Source: the human T2T-CHM13v2.0 reference genome, Homo sapiens. Taken from it: a stretch of 64,000 nt of DNA. The position numbers and the translations under genes are program-made. Location of the stretch: the NCBI RefSeq assembly GCF_009914755.1, contig NC_060930.1; one strand, written 5' to 3'. Shown piece by piece: positions 29,440 through 44,900 of the stretch. Each line of letters begins with the position of its first letter. The stretch's first letter is position 1. The notes under the pieces are model-generated. The model worked only from the letters and a program-made list of their open reading frames with translations. It searched no databases and was not told the origin of the DNA.

Positions 29440-30379
29440 TGAGGGGTGAGATGGGATCCAAGGGACCTCGGGTCCCTGTGACTCACACCTGGGGGAGCAG
29501 GGGGGTGGTCTCAGAATGCAGCGGGAGGACCTAGAGTTGGAGAGTTTCTCATGTTGTTACTCAGAATTCCCAATGTAGGTGGCTTTCTGGGCCTTTAAGA
29601 TGAACTTCTCCAGCTGGGGTGGGTTCCTCTCTGGACCCACCTACCCACTGCCAAGCCGGGCAAATCAAGGCTCCATAGGCTTGGCAGGTTTTCCCAGACT
29701 TGACAGAGCAGAGGAGATGAAGCACTGGGACCTGGAAACTCAAATGATGAGGATGTTTTCTGAGGCCTGTAGGCCAGGGCCTTACAGACTTTAATGTGCC
29801 CTTGAATCACTCGGGGTCTCGTAAAATTATGCAAGTTCTGATCCAGGCGGTCTGAGGCAGTGCCTGAGGGTCTGCGCCCCTAACCAGCCTCAGGTGCTGC
29901 CCGTGCTGCTGATGGGTGGGCCACACTCTGAGTGGTGATGGTCTAGCTCATGCCCCCTCCTCATTTTATATGCAGAGAAAGTCAGGGCCAGAGACTAGGA
30001 TTCAGGTAGTAGATGGAGCTTGTATTGCATGTCAGCCAGCCCTGAGAGTTAGAGCCTCAGTATTTGTTGTCCTTCGTTCATAGGTGAGAAAACAGAAGCC
30101 CCAGAAAGGAAGGGGCTTGTGGGTGAACAGGTGGTGGGGCTGTAGCAGAGGAGCACGTCTCCTGCTTTACCCAGAGTATGGGTCCCCTGCACACAGAGCC
30201 CTGGGAGCCCCAGTCTCAGCGCCACTAAGATAGTGGAGGGAGGATCAGTGCAGGACAGAGCACCGGGCTGGGAGTCCAGAGGCCAATGCAGACTCACTAA
30301 GTGACCAGGGGCACACCACGCACCCACCAGGACCTCCGTCTCCAGGCTTATCCTGAGGGGTCTTCTGGATCTTCCTTGA

Positions 30380-30853
<474 letters not shown>

Positions 30854-30989
30854 TAGCTATGTGACCTTGAACAAGTGCCTCAAGCTCTCCCAGCTTCAAT
30901 ATTCTCCCCGGTAAAGCGAGATGATGCCAGAAGTGCTGATAGAAATATTAACTGAACCCATCCATTCAGACAGTTCATGTACCAAATCA

Positions 30990-31225
30990 AAGGTCGGCAA
31001 ACTGCAGCCCACGGGCCAAATCTAGCCTATGGCTTGTTTTTGTACAGCCTGTGAGCTAAGAAAGGGTTTTCCATTTTTAGAGAGTTATGGGGGAAAGAAA
31101 AAAAGAAGAAAAAGAAAAAGAACATTAGGCAGAGACTGCATGTGGCCAGCAAAGCCCAAAATAAGTATTTACTATCTGGCCCTTTACAGAAAAGGCTTTG
31201 TGGGCAGTAGCTCATGTAATCCTCT
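30990..31225. mobile_element. MER58A-like hAT DNA transposon
   Basis: ggtcggcaaact...gcccacgggccaaatct ... tttactatctggccctttacagaaaa. Confidence 0.75.
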
Positions 31226-31634
31226 AGCATCCTCTATGATCAATATTATAACTGTCCCCATTTTATAGATGAAGAAATTGAGGCTGTGAGAGGGGACAGC
31301 AACACAGCCAATAAGGGGCAGCCCAGAGACCTGAACTCAGGCTCCAAACTTTGCTCTTCATATGGCCCCAGTGCACCTGGTTCTGCCATGAGCACCCCAC
31401 ACTTTCCTCCCAGGGGAGGCCGAGGCTCCACCATGAATGGTGTATCTCATGAACGGAGCATCACTGGGGCGTGTGATCAGGAATTGCTCCTCGGTTCTTC
31501 TTAGCAGATAGTGAGGGATGGGACACTGGATGGGTACGTTTTGAAAAGCCCATCAAATAAAATTCAAGAGCAATGGGAGTAGCTGCCCTGGGTCGGGGGA
31601 ACTGTGGCTCCCTTCCTCCCCGCAGCCTTGGTAA

Positions 31635-31742
<108 letters not shown>

Positions 31743-32325
31743 TAAGGGCAGTGTTGGAGGGTAGGGAAAGTTCAAACAGTAGAAGGGCTGAATGGAGGGG
31801 TATTCCCCCCAGATTTGTGACCCGGAGACGCCCTTCACCTGGGAGAGCTGGAAATGGGGGTGGGGACCTAACAGGCTGCATCGCCCAGCCCAGACCGCTG
31901 GGTCCAGAAAGTAGGATCTCCATGTAAAGGGGGCTTTGGGGTTAACTAAGGGCACAGTGTCTAGGACAGTTGTGCATGTATGCTTATGAATGTAAAAACT
32001 CTATTTAGGAAATCCAGAGTTCAGATCTTCCTGGAGAATTCCATTTTCATGTAATTTCATTCTCTTCCACTTTATTCTCTTTCTAGTAAAATCACATTAT
32101 TAATGTAGAATTGGATGTCACTAGTTTATATTTGTGTAAGACTTTGAGTGACCTATTGATCAGCAAATCACAGAGAAGAGCCCTTGCCCTATGTAGGTTT
32201 GGAATGGTGGTCCCTCCACCTATATATTCTCTGTGCTTTATCAGGGTGGAAGAAACAATTCCAATGACATGTCTTTTATGTGCTAACTCCATGGCAAACA
32301 TCTTTGTTAAAAGAAATGAACAGGA

Positions 32326-32580
32326 CTGGGTGTGGTGGCTCATGCCTGTAATCTCAGCACTGTAGGAGGGCAAGGCAGGAGAATCACTTGAGCCCAGGAA
32401 TTTGAGACCAGCCTGGGCGATTGTGAGATTCCCAGCTCTACAAGAAATTAAACAATTAGCTGAGCATGGTGGCACACGCTTATAGCCCCAGCTACTTGAG
32501 ATCAAGGCTGTAGCGAGCCATGACTGCACCACTGTACTCTACTCTGGGCAACAGAGTGAGACCCTGTCTCTAAAAAAAGA
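32326..32580 (+). mobile_element. AluJ element (deleted)
   Basis: Alu motifs with an internal deletion. Confidence 0.8.
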
Positions 32581-35046
32581 AAGAAATCAACAAAAGCTTT
32601 GCCATATTTAGAATCAATTATTTTCAGAAAAAGGGATCACCAGGTCAAAGGGTTTACCTAATGTTACATCAGAAGCATTTTCCTTGTTGCCACATGTCTT
32701 TGTGACTGTCTTTTTTGGCAGTTGTATAATATTCCATCATAGCTGTGCAGAAAAATTTGCTTGATCATTCCTTTGAGTTTCCAAATGTTCGTGATTATGA
32801 GTAATTCTGTGGTAAACTTTTTGTGTATGTAGCTTTAAAAAATACTCTGTGGGTGAGATTAAGGGGTTGGATGAGATTTTCTTCCTAGGAGGTGCTCACT
32901 TATTTTTCCCTTCTTCAAAATTCCTTCCTGCTTCCCAAGCTCCCCTTATCCTGTCTCTACTTTCTCCTGGGTCCTTTCTCCCAACAAGGGGGGTGGAGAG
33001 GCTGGACGGACAGGAGAGCAGGATGGAGAAAACCTGGGCCCTGGAGGCAAGTAGCTCTAAGGCCCCCACCCCACCCACAAGCTGTGTGACCTCCGGATAA
33101 TTGCTTCCCCTCTCTAAGGCTTGGTTTCCTAATCTGTAAAAAAAAGGGGGTTTAGATCCTAGCTCCTGACACCTACTAACTGTGTGATATTGAGCAGGTA
33201 ATTAATCTCCTGGGGCCTCAGTTTCCTCATCTGTAAAAGGGGCCTTATGGTTTTATTTTGAAGATTAAAGGAGCAAAGCCACAAGCCCTTATCACAATGC
33301 TCAAATAAATGGTAGCTCTCATGAGAACGTCAAAGTGCTGAGTCCTAGCCACAGTCAGTCCCGCCTACTGCTGGGTGAAATCTGATGGTGGCACTTCAGG
33401 AATCTGTCCCCAAAATTGAGCCAGTATATGGATGGGGGCAGGCTTCTTCAATGGCCCTGGAATCACTCCAAGTAGGAACAGATACAACTCCTAAAGGAGA
33501 AATGGTCTCGTGCTGACTACCAGCTATTTTTGCTTCCTCTTCCGATTTGCCAGTGTATGGCACGGGTTTCTCAGCGCAGATTTCACCTCCACCACCTCAG
33601 TCCTCTTGGATTTGGTGGGACTGGATTTTTCTCTCTGCATCAGATGTGAACAGGAACTACTGACACATACTGAGAAACTGCAGTTGGTCTCCAGAGCCAC
33701 ACTCTTATCCCCACCTGCCATCTGGGAACAGAAAATGGGAGTCCGCCCAGCCTCCCCTGGGCTGCTTTCTGGGTAGGGGTCACCTCCAGCAGGAAACTAC
33801 ACCCCAAAAGGTGTCACCCTCCATTCCTCAGCTCACATTCTCACAGCCTCTTTCTCCTCCCTCCCAAGGGAGGAGAATTAATTATTCTTGCTGCCAGGCA
33901 AGCCACTCTGTCTACACTCGGCCCATCCTTGCAGCGGCCTTCTGCCAAAGGGAATGGCAGCGCAGGCTGGCGTGCTTGAAAATCCACATTCCCCACACAG
34001 ATGTGTGAATGTGGGTGCTGAGTGAGGTTGGAGCTCAGAGGATGCCATGTCTAAAATATCCATCCGGCATTCAGGCATGCCTGGCCAAACCTCTCTTCCG
34101 CCCTCCTCCCCCACTCCCTTCTTCCCTCTCACAGTTTGGTAAGTGACTCTGTCTCTCTGTACACACACACACACACACACACACCCCCTGTGAAACCATC
34201 ACCACAATTAAGTTAGTGAATAATTCGTCATCCCCAAAATTTCCTCATGCCCTTTCGTGATCCCTCCCACCTTCCCTCACCCCCCGCCATTCCCAAGCAA
34301 CCCCTGATCTGCTTTCTGCCATTATAGATTAATTCACTACAATGTGAACTCTTTTTTAAAAATCTGAATTCTTTCACTCTGCATAATTATTCTGAGATTC
34401 ATCCATGTTGTTGAATGTATAAATAGTTTGTTCCTTTTTACGTTCCGTGCCACTGTATGAATGTACCACAGCTCATCTACCAAAAGAGTTGAATATACCA
34501 CTGTATGCATATACCACAGCCCATTTACCCAGTCCCCTGTTGATGGACATTTAGGTTATTTTCAGATTTGGGCTATTATGGATAAAGCTGCTATGAACAC
34601 TCACGCATGAGTCTTGGTGTGGACATATGCTTTCATTTCTCTTGGGTAAATACCTAGAAATGGAATGACGGGATTGCATGGTACATTCATGTTTAACATA
34701 CATACACAAATATTTTAATTGTGGTAAAAAACACGTAACAAATTTTAAGCACACAGTTCAGTAGTGTTAACTATTTCATATTGTTGTGCAGCAGATCTCT
34801 AGAACTTTTTCATCTTGCAAAACTGAGCCTTTACACACATTGATCAACAACTCCCCCTTTTCTCCTCCTCCAGCCCCCAGCAACCACCATCCCACTTTCT
34901 GTGCTGATGATTTTGACTACACTAGGTACTTCATATAAATGGAATCATGCGGTATTTGTCTTTTTGTGACTGGCTTATTTAACTTAACATAATGGCCTCA
35001 AGGTTCATCCATGTTGTAGCTGTAGCATGTGACAGGATTTTCTTCC

Positions 35047-35333
35047 TTTTTTGAGACGGAGTCTCGCTCTGTTGTCCAGGCTAGAGTGTGGTGGTGTGAT
35101 CTCAGCTCACTGCAACCTCTGCCACCTGGGTTCAAGCGATTCTCCCGCCTCAGCCTCCTGAGTACCTGAGACTACAGGCACACGCCACCACGTCCAGCTA
35201 ATTTTTGTATTTTTAGTAGAGACAGGGTTTCACCATGTTGGCCAGGATGGTCTCGATCTCCTCACCTCGTGATCTGCCTGCCTCGGCCTCCCAAAGTGCT
35301 GGGATTACTGGGGTGAGCCACCGCGCCTGGCCG
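35047..35333 (-). mobile_element. AluS element
   Basis: Antisense Alu; TSD gattttcttccttttt. Confidence 0.9.
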
Positions 35334-35493
35334 ATTTTCTTCCTTTTTAGAGCTGAATATATTCCACATGTTCTTTGTCCATCCATCTGACAAAGGACAC
35401 TGGAGTTGCTTCCATCTTTCGGCTATTGTGGATAATGCTGCAGTGCCCATGGATGTCTCTTCCAGATCCTATTCAATTATTTTGGATATATAA

Positions 35494-35933
<440 letters not shown>

Positions 35934-36436
35934 AACTTTTGGTATTTTTAATTAATGCTCAGAATTTTTCATTTTAGCCCTTCTAACAGGTGCATGTCGG
36001 TAACTTATTGTGGTTTTAATCAGTATTCCTCTAATGACTAACGACTTTGAGCATCTTTTCATTTGTCTATTTGCCTCCCATAGATCTTCTTTGGTGAAGC
36101 ATTCGTTCCACTCTTTTGTACATTTCTCACCTAGACTCTTAATAAGCTTTGTTTTTTTAGGGTAGTTTTAGATTTATGGATAACTTGTGAAAATAATACA
36201 GGGTGTTTGTCTCACATCTGTTAGACGTTACAGAATGATACATATATAACACGGTATTCAGTCCAGTACATTTGTTACAACTCATGAACCAATCTTGACA
36301 TATTATTAACTAAGAGCCATTGCTTATTCAGATTTTCTCAGTTTTTACCTAATTTCTTTTTCTGTTCCAGGACCCCCCACCCAGGGATCACATTACATTT
36401 TGTTGTCACGTCTCCTCAGTTTCCTCTTGCCTATAA

Positions 36437-36793
<357 letters not shown>

Positions 36794-38158
36794 AGACTTT
36801 TCTTATTCTTGATGACCTTGACAGAGTTGACTATCGGTCAGGTATTTTGTAGAACGTCCCTCAGTTGGGGTTTGTCTGATGTTTTTCTCAAGATTAAGCT
36901 GGGGTTGTGAGTTCTGGGGAGGAGACCACAGAGGTAAGGTGCTATTCACATCACGTTACCTCATGGGCACGTGCTGCCAACATGACGTATCCCTGCTGAT
37001 GTTGACCATGACCGCCTGGCCGAGGTAGTGTCCATCGGGTTTCTCCATTGTGAAGTACTCTTTCTCCCTCTATCCTTACTGCAGTTTTTGGAAGAAAGTC
37101 ACTGTGCACAGCTCATATTTAAGGAGTGAGAAGTTATGCTCCACTTCCTAAAGGGTCAAGCATCTACATAAATTACTAAGAATTCTTCTGCAGGGGAGCT
37201 TTCTCTCTTCTCCCTGATTTACTTACCTACGTAATATATGTTTATATCAGTATGGATTCATGGTTATGTTATACTTTGGGTTATTATTCAATACTACTTT
37301 ATTGTGTTCTTCAAATTGTTCCAGCTTTGGCCATTGGGAGCCCTTTCAGTTGGCTCTTTCACACATTTTAAAAACTGAATTGTTTGTTTTCTTATTTAAG
37401 GGCTGTTATGTGGCCTAGATAAACGCCATCCCCCCGCCCCCCCCACCCACCCACTATTTTTGAGACAGGTTCTCACTCTGTCACCCAAGCTGGAGCGTAG
37501 TGGCACGATCATGGCTCACTGAAGCTTCAGCTTCCCAGGCTCAAGCAACCCTTTCACCTTTCTCAATGAGTCTTACAGCCACAGTGACCTTCTCAGAACC
37601 AGCCTCAGCTGATTACCTCCCCTGCCTAACAGTCATGCTACAATAATGCTTGCCATGAAAACTAAGGATCCTAGCTGCTGCCTACAGCCCTGACATGGTC
37701 CGGCCCCTGCCACCTCCTCAGCCTCCTCCCCCAGCACAGTACCCCCGCCCCACACTGACCTTTCAGGCCCCCGACCACCTGGTGTGTCCTCAAACTTTGT
37801 GGCCTTTGTGTGTGCTGTTCCCTCTGCTGAAACACCCTCACCACCCCGCCCTGACCATCCTGGGCCACGTACCCTTCAGATCTCTACTCACTGCCAATCC
37901 CTCAGATGACCTGCCCTCTCTCACAGCACCACATTCCTCTCTTCCTGCACTTGCCTCAGTTGAAACTCTAGATAATTTGGGTGGGCAACGCCTGCTTCCC
38001 CACACTACACCGTAAGTGCCAGAAACCATCACGTTTGTTTTCACTCACTATAAATTCAAGTAAGTACAGAAAGACCTTTGAAAAGCACTGTTCCTGTTTA
38101 GGAAAATAACTCAAGAAACCATTTTTGCAAAGGCCATGCTGCTGCCAGAGCTGAGTAA

Positions 38159-38815
<657 letters not shown>

Positions 38816-38942
38816 TGACTTTCTCATGCCTGGAGCCCCTTGGCAAGCGAGCAAGGACACCAGGGCTGATAACCGCTTCTTTAGGGGTGCGTGGCTGAAG
38901 TTAGCAGTGAGCTTTAGCATCTCTGTCCATTATGAGGACAGT

Positions 38943-38961
38943 CCGCCACAAGGGGGCAGTG
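38943..38961 (+). promoter_or_regulatory. Candidate CTCF binding site
   Basis: CCGCCACAAGGGGGCAGTG, close match to the CTCF core CCACCAGGGGGCGC. Confidence 0.6.
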
Positions 38962-39402
38962 TAATAGACATTGGTTCATTTCCCTTGGTGCAGTGCTTCT
39001 CAAAGTGCGATCCCCCTACCGGCAGCAAAAGCATCACCTGGGAACTTGCTAGAAATTACAGTTCTCAGGTCCTACTGCAGACCTACTAAATTACAACTTT
39101 GGAGGTGCGGCCCAGCTGCCTTTTTTACAAGCCCTCCAGGTGATTTTTTGCCTGCTCACATTTGAGACCGCTGGGCCAGTAGATTTTTACTGTGAAACCT
39201 GCTGTGCTGGGCGTGCTACTCAAAGAGTGGTCCGCAGACCAACCCAGCCCTCAACTGTGTGTTACTAGCCCACCACGGAGGGTGTGCAGAAATTAAGAGT
39301 AATCATTTAGAAACGTTTATAGCACTAAGGTATTTCCACAACATCCCGGAGCTTGACCATTTTTTACTAATTCATTTGCATTGTATTTCACAAAATTACT
39401 AG

Positions 39403-39714
<312 letters not shown>

Positions 39715-39807
39715 AGAAATTTTTAAAAAACTGTTTCCTTACTACTACAGACGGTTTCAGAAGCACCACTATAGGGCCTGCAAAGATAAAACGTTCTCAA
39801 TTCCTTA

Positions 39808-40240
<433 letters not shown>

Positions 40241-40686
40241 TTATCTCTGGGGCAGTATGAAAAGCTTCTTGGAGGTGACAGGTGAGCTTAAATGGGCAGG
40301 ATTTTGAACATCGTGGTTTGTGGGATTGGATGGGTTGGAGTAGAAAGAGCATTTCCGATTTTGTTTATTTAAAATGCTCAGGTGCAGTGCAGGAATGTGC
40401 AGGGTACTTTCAAGGTACTTTAGGAAGGAGAGGACTTGTGTGTGGCCACCATGGATGGTCTGGGTGGAGACAGAGGGACAGAGACCCAAATGAAGGACTG
40501 AAGCCAGATTGTAGGGTGCTCATGGTCCTCAGCCAAACTTCCAGAGCTATTATGGTAAACGTCACAGATCGGCAATGTCTCCTCATCTGGGAATTAGCCC
40601 CAACTTGGTAGAGATGCCCTTTCTTTGGAACAGGTTTACTTTGACTCTTTTAATGAGACAAAAACAAAACACCATTAAGAAAATTA

Positions 40687-40974
<288 letters not shown>

Positions 40975-41420
40975 TCAGAAAATTGGGCGCAGTGTTTTAC
41001 CTGCTCTCTTATTTCCTGTTAAATACAAAACACTTGTTTTACATTAACCACACCTGTGCATGAAGGCGGCCATCTTCAGGTACCTGAGCAATCCTGCACC
41101 CCAAGTCGGCATTCCTCACTCATATCGGGGGTGGATAGAGGGCATATATAGTCTAGTGATTCTCTACTGGGAGTGATTTTGTCTCCAGGAGACATTTAGC
41201 AATGTCTGCAGACATTTTGGTTGTCACCTAGTGGTTACAGGCTGGGGACACTGAAAAATATCCTGTAGTGCACAGAAGTCTCTGCACAAAGTGCTTTCTG
41301 ACCGTTAGTGTCAATAGCATGTACTGAGATTGAGAAGCCATGTTATAGCTTACAGCTGAGCCTCAATGGTGACATCCTAGGCCATCTATGTGAGTTAGGC
41401 AGAGCTGAGACCCCCTAGAG

Positions 41421-41623
41421 CAAGTTTATCCAACCCGCGGCCCAGATGGTTCTGAATGCACCAGTCTATAAAAAATTCATTAACTTTCTTAAAACATTGT
41501 GAGATTTTTTTTGGATTTTTTTTCAGCTCATCAGCTATCATTACTGTTAGTGTATTTTATGTGTGGCCCAAGACAATTCTTCTTCCAGTGTGGCCCAAGG
41601 AAGCCAAAAGATTGGACACCCCT
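41421..41623. mobile_element. MER30 hAT DNA transposon
   Basis: agctcatcagctatc...gtgtggcccaagacaattcttcttccagtgtggcccaaggaagccaaaagattggacacccctg. Confidence 0.8.
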
Positions 41624-42090
41624 GCCCTAGAGTTTAGTGGTATCAGTCATTTAATGATGGCCATTGGTGGCATTGGGGAACAGGAAAATTGTTAAAAGCC
41701 CTAGGAATATCCAAAAACAAAAGGACAAGCCTCATTGTGAATAGATTTGGGAGAGTTAGGGACATACAACAAGTCTCTAACAAAATAACTTCAGAAGAAC
41801 CCACATATACTTTATATTACCTTTATTTATATATAATACATAATTACATATTAACCTTCATGTATTATGTATCCCCATACTCATTAAAAACATGTAAAGA
41901 GCTTACTTAAGAGTAATGGCCATGAAACTATTAATACTCTGTTCTAAGAAACAAACAAAAAGCATTACATGAAGCATGTGATGGAAAGTCCAGGCCCCTT
42001 CAGGGGATTTTCCTGAAAACCTTCCCTAACATGCTGCTTTCTGCGAGGGAGCTATTTCTTTTCTTTTCCTTATTTTTCTTTACTTTTCTC

Positions 42091-42375
42091 TTTTTTTTTT
42101 TTTTTTTTTTTTGGTGGTGGAGGAGGAGACAGTATCTCACTCCCGGCTCACTGCACTCTCAACTTTTGAGGCTCAGGTGATTCTCTTACCTCAGCCTCCC
42201 GAGTAGCTGAGATCACAGGCATGCACTACAACACCCAGCTAAATTTTTGTATTTTTAGTAGAGACAGGGTTTCACCATGTTGGCCAGACTGGTCTCAAAT
42301 TCCTGGCCTCAAGTGATCTGCCCGCCTTGGCCTCCCAAAGCGCCGGGATTACAGGCATGAGCCACCGGGCCTGCC
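42091..42375 (-). mobile_element. Alu element (J/S, deleted)
   Basis: Antisense Alu with poly(T). Confidence 0.82.
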
Positions 42376-42522
42376 CCTGGGAGTTGTTTCTAATGTTCCA
42401 CCAAGGGTCCGAGTCAGCCGCTCCACAGATGCCGCGGGCCTGCGTCTCAGTCAAGTCCCACGACATGACTCTGGTTGTAAAGATGAGAATTTGAGGACAA
42501 GAGAGTTCTTTGCTGTTTTTAA

Positions 42523-42699
<177 letters not shown>

Positions 42700-43882
42700 T
42701 AAGTTTCCCCTTCGTGGAGCACGCTCTTTCCTTTGGACGGAAGAAGCAAGCCCGGCTAAGCGATATCTTCCACCACCTTAGCTGCCCCAGGAACTCTGGG
42801 ATCCTTTTCTGGTGTGTGTGATTGTGTGATTCCAGGTCCACCCCTTTACATCTCACAAAGCTGCCTTCTCTTGTTCAGTTAGGGCAGTGTGTGGGGAAGG
42901 AGCCTGTCCGTGGTGATGATGTCATTCTCTTCTCCTGCACACTGGGGATGCTCCTTCTCTGAGTGCAGTGCAAGAATGTGCATCCCCTGCCCTCATATTT
43001 TACTCTCTGGTGATGCCACAGTTCCAAGAGGGCCTGCAGGCATCCTACCTCCCAGCCTTAGGTAGCTCCTGCATGAAATGAATTAAGGGTCTCTATCAAA
43101 GGCCTTCCTTACTCCGAACTATTTTCTATTAGCATGATAATGACCTGATAGTACTAGACTGTAGACTGTCCCCAGAAAATCTTTTTTATTATGCACATCA
43201 AGTGTCTGGGTTGCATAACATACACTCCATTATATCTTTGCAATAACTATGAGAGGACCTGGGGATCTGCTTTTTTAAAAACTTCCCTGAGGACCACATT
43301 ACCCAGGCTCCCTTGCTGGCTGAATGCCGTTTGTACTGGTGGTGGGGGAGGCACAGCAGGAGATCAGAAGTTGGGTCAAGGGTATTTCTCCCCACAACCC
43401 CAGCCCCCCTCTCATCCCTCCCTGCCTTGGGACCACTCTGGCAGTAGCTGGGTTTCTCCATGACCACAGCTGCAGGTATTGAGAGAGCAGGGCCTGAGGC
43501 ATTCCTGCTTTTAATGTTTGCACTCTCTCTCACATCAAGCATATTAAAATTTACCTGCTTCCCACATTAAGTATAATTTTAACCATAAAACTTTTTGAAA
43601 GAGTTTGTATAAATTTAACAATTTTGAGCTTAGGCATAAGTTATGCATTTTGTTCACATAATTTAAACTTTTTTGCATTTACATATAACTCTATAAAAGT
43701 CGGAGTTTCATTTGACTCATGGGCATGATGTTACTTAGATAAATATTCATTGATTATATTTTAAAAAAAGTTTGCTGGGAAATCCAATCCTCAGCCAGGG
43801 TTGAGAACCACAGCGCGGGTGTGTCCACCTGCGGAGCTGAGCAGGCCACCATGTTGGAGGACCGAGGTCAGGCCCATAATGA

Positions 43883-44038
<156 letters not shown>

Positions 44039-44400
44039 GCATGTCTAATGTTCCTTAAATCCCACGGAGAGGAGCAGCTTTGGGAACTGTGTTCAGAGAG
44101 ATTCCGAGGAATAGAGGAGAGTGTAAGGGAGTAGGGGGTGCAGTGGGAGATTGGGCTTTGGAACAGACACATCCGACATAAAATTCCTGCTCTGCCACAG
44201 CTCCACTCAGGGATCATGGTTGGGACACTTGCTCTCCCTGAGCCTCCATTTCCTGTAAAATGGGGATGATACCACTTCATAAAGTTGTGAGAGTTAAATG
44301 TGATCGATGATGTAAATTGCTTCATAGAATGCAGAATGTGTAATAGCTCACAATAAGTAGGTATTATGTTTACATATTATGTTTGTATTTATGCTACTTA

Positions 44401-44719
<319 letters not shown>

Positions 44720-44894
44720 TAGACAAGTGAGTGCCTACGTGACACTCAAATGTTGCCAGCATACAGTTAAGGGCCCTAGTCAATGTAGGCCTGCTTCTTA
44801 TAGCTTTTTGACTATATTATGCTGTCTTTGACTTAGTCAGTCAACACTTATTGAGCACCTACTAAGTGCCAAACACTCTCCTGGACTCTGGCAA

Positions 44895-44900
44895 AATAAA
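44895..44900 (+). terminator. Poly(A) signal for the exon-8-terminal PNPLA1 transcript
   Basis: AATAAA (with ATTAAA at 44907-44912) about 860 nt after the exon 8 stop. Confidence 0.55.

Noticed and set aside
33524-33721. Minus-strand 65-aa ORF preceded by an acceptor-like ttttctgttcccag
   Set aside because: No homology recognised and no partner exons found, so an antisense exon cannot be supported from sequence alone
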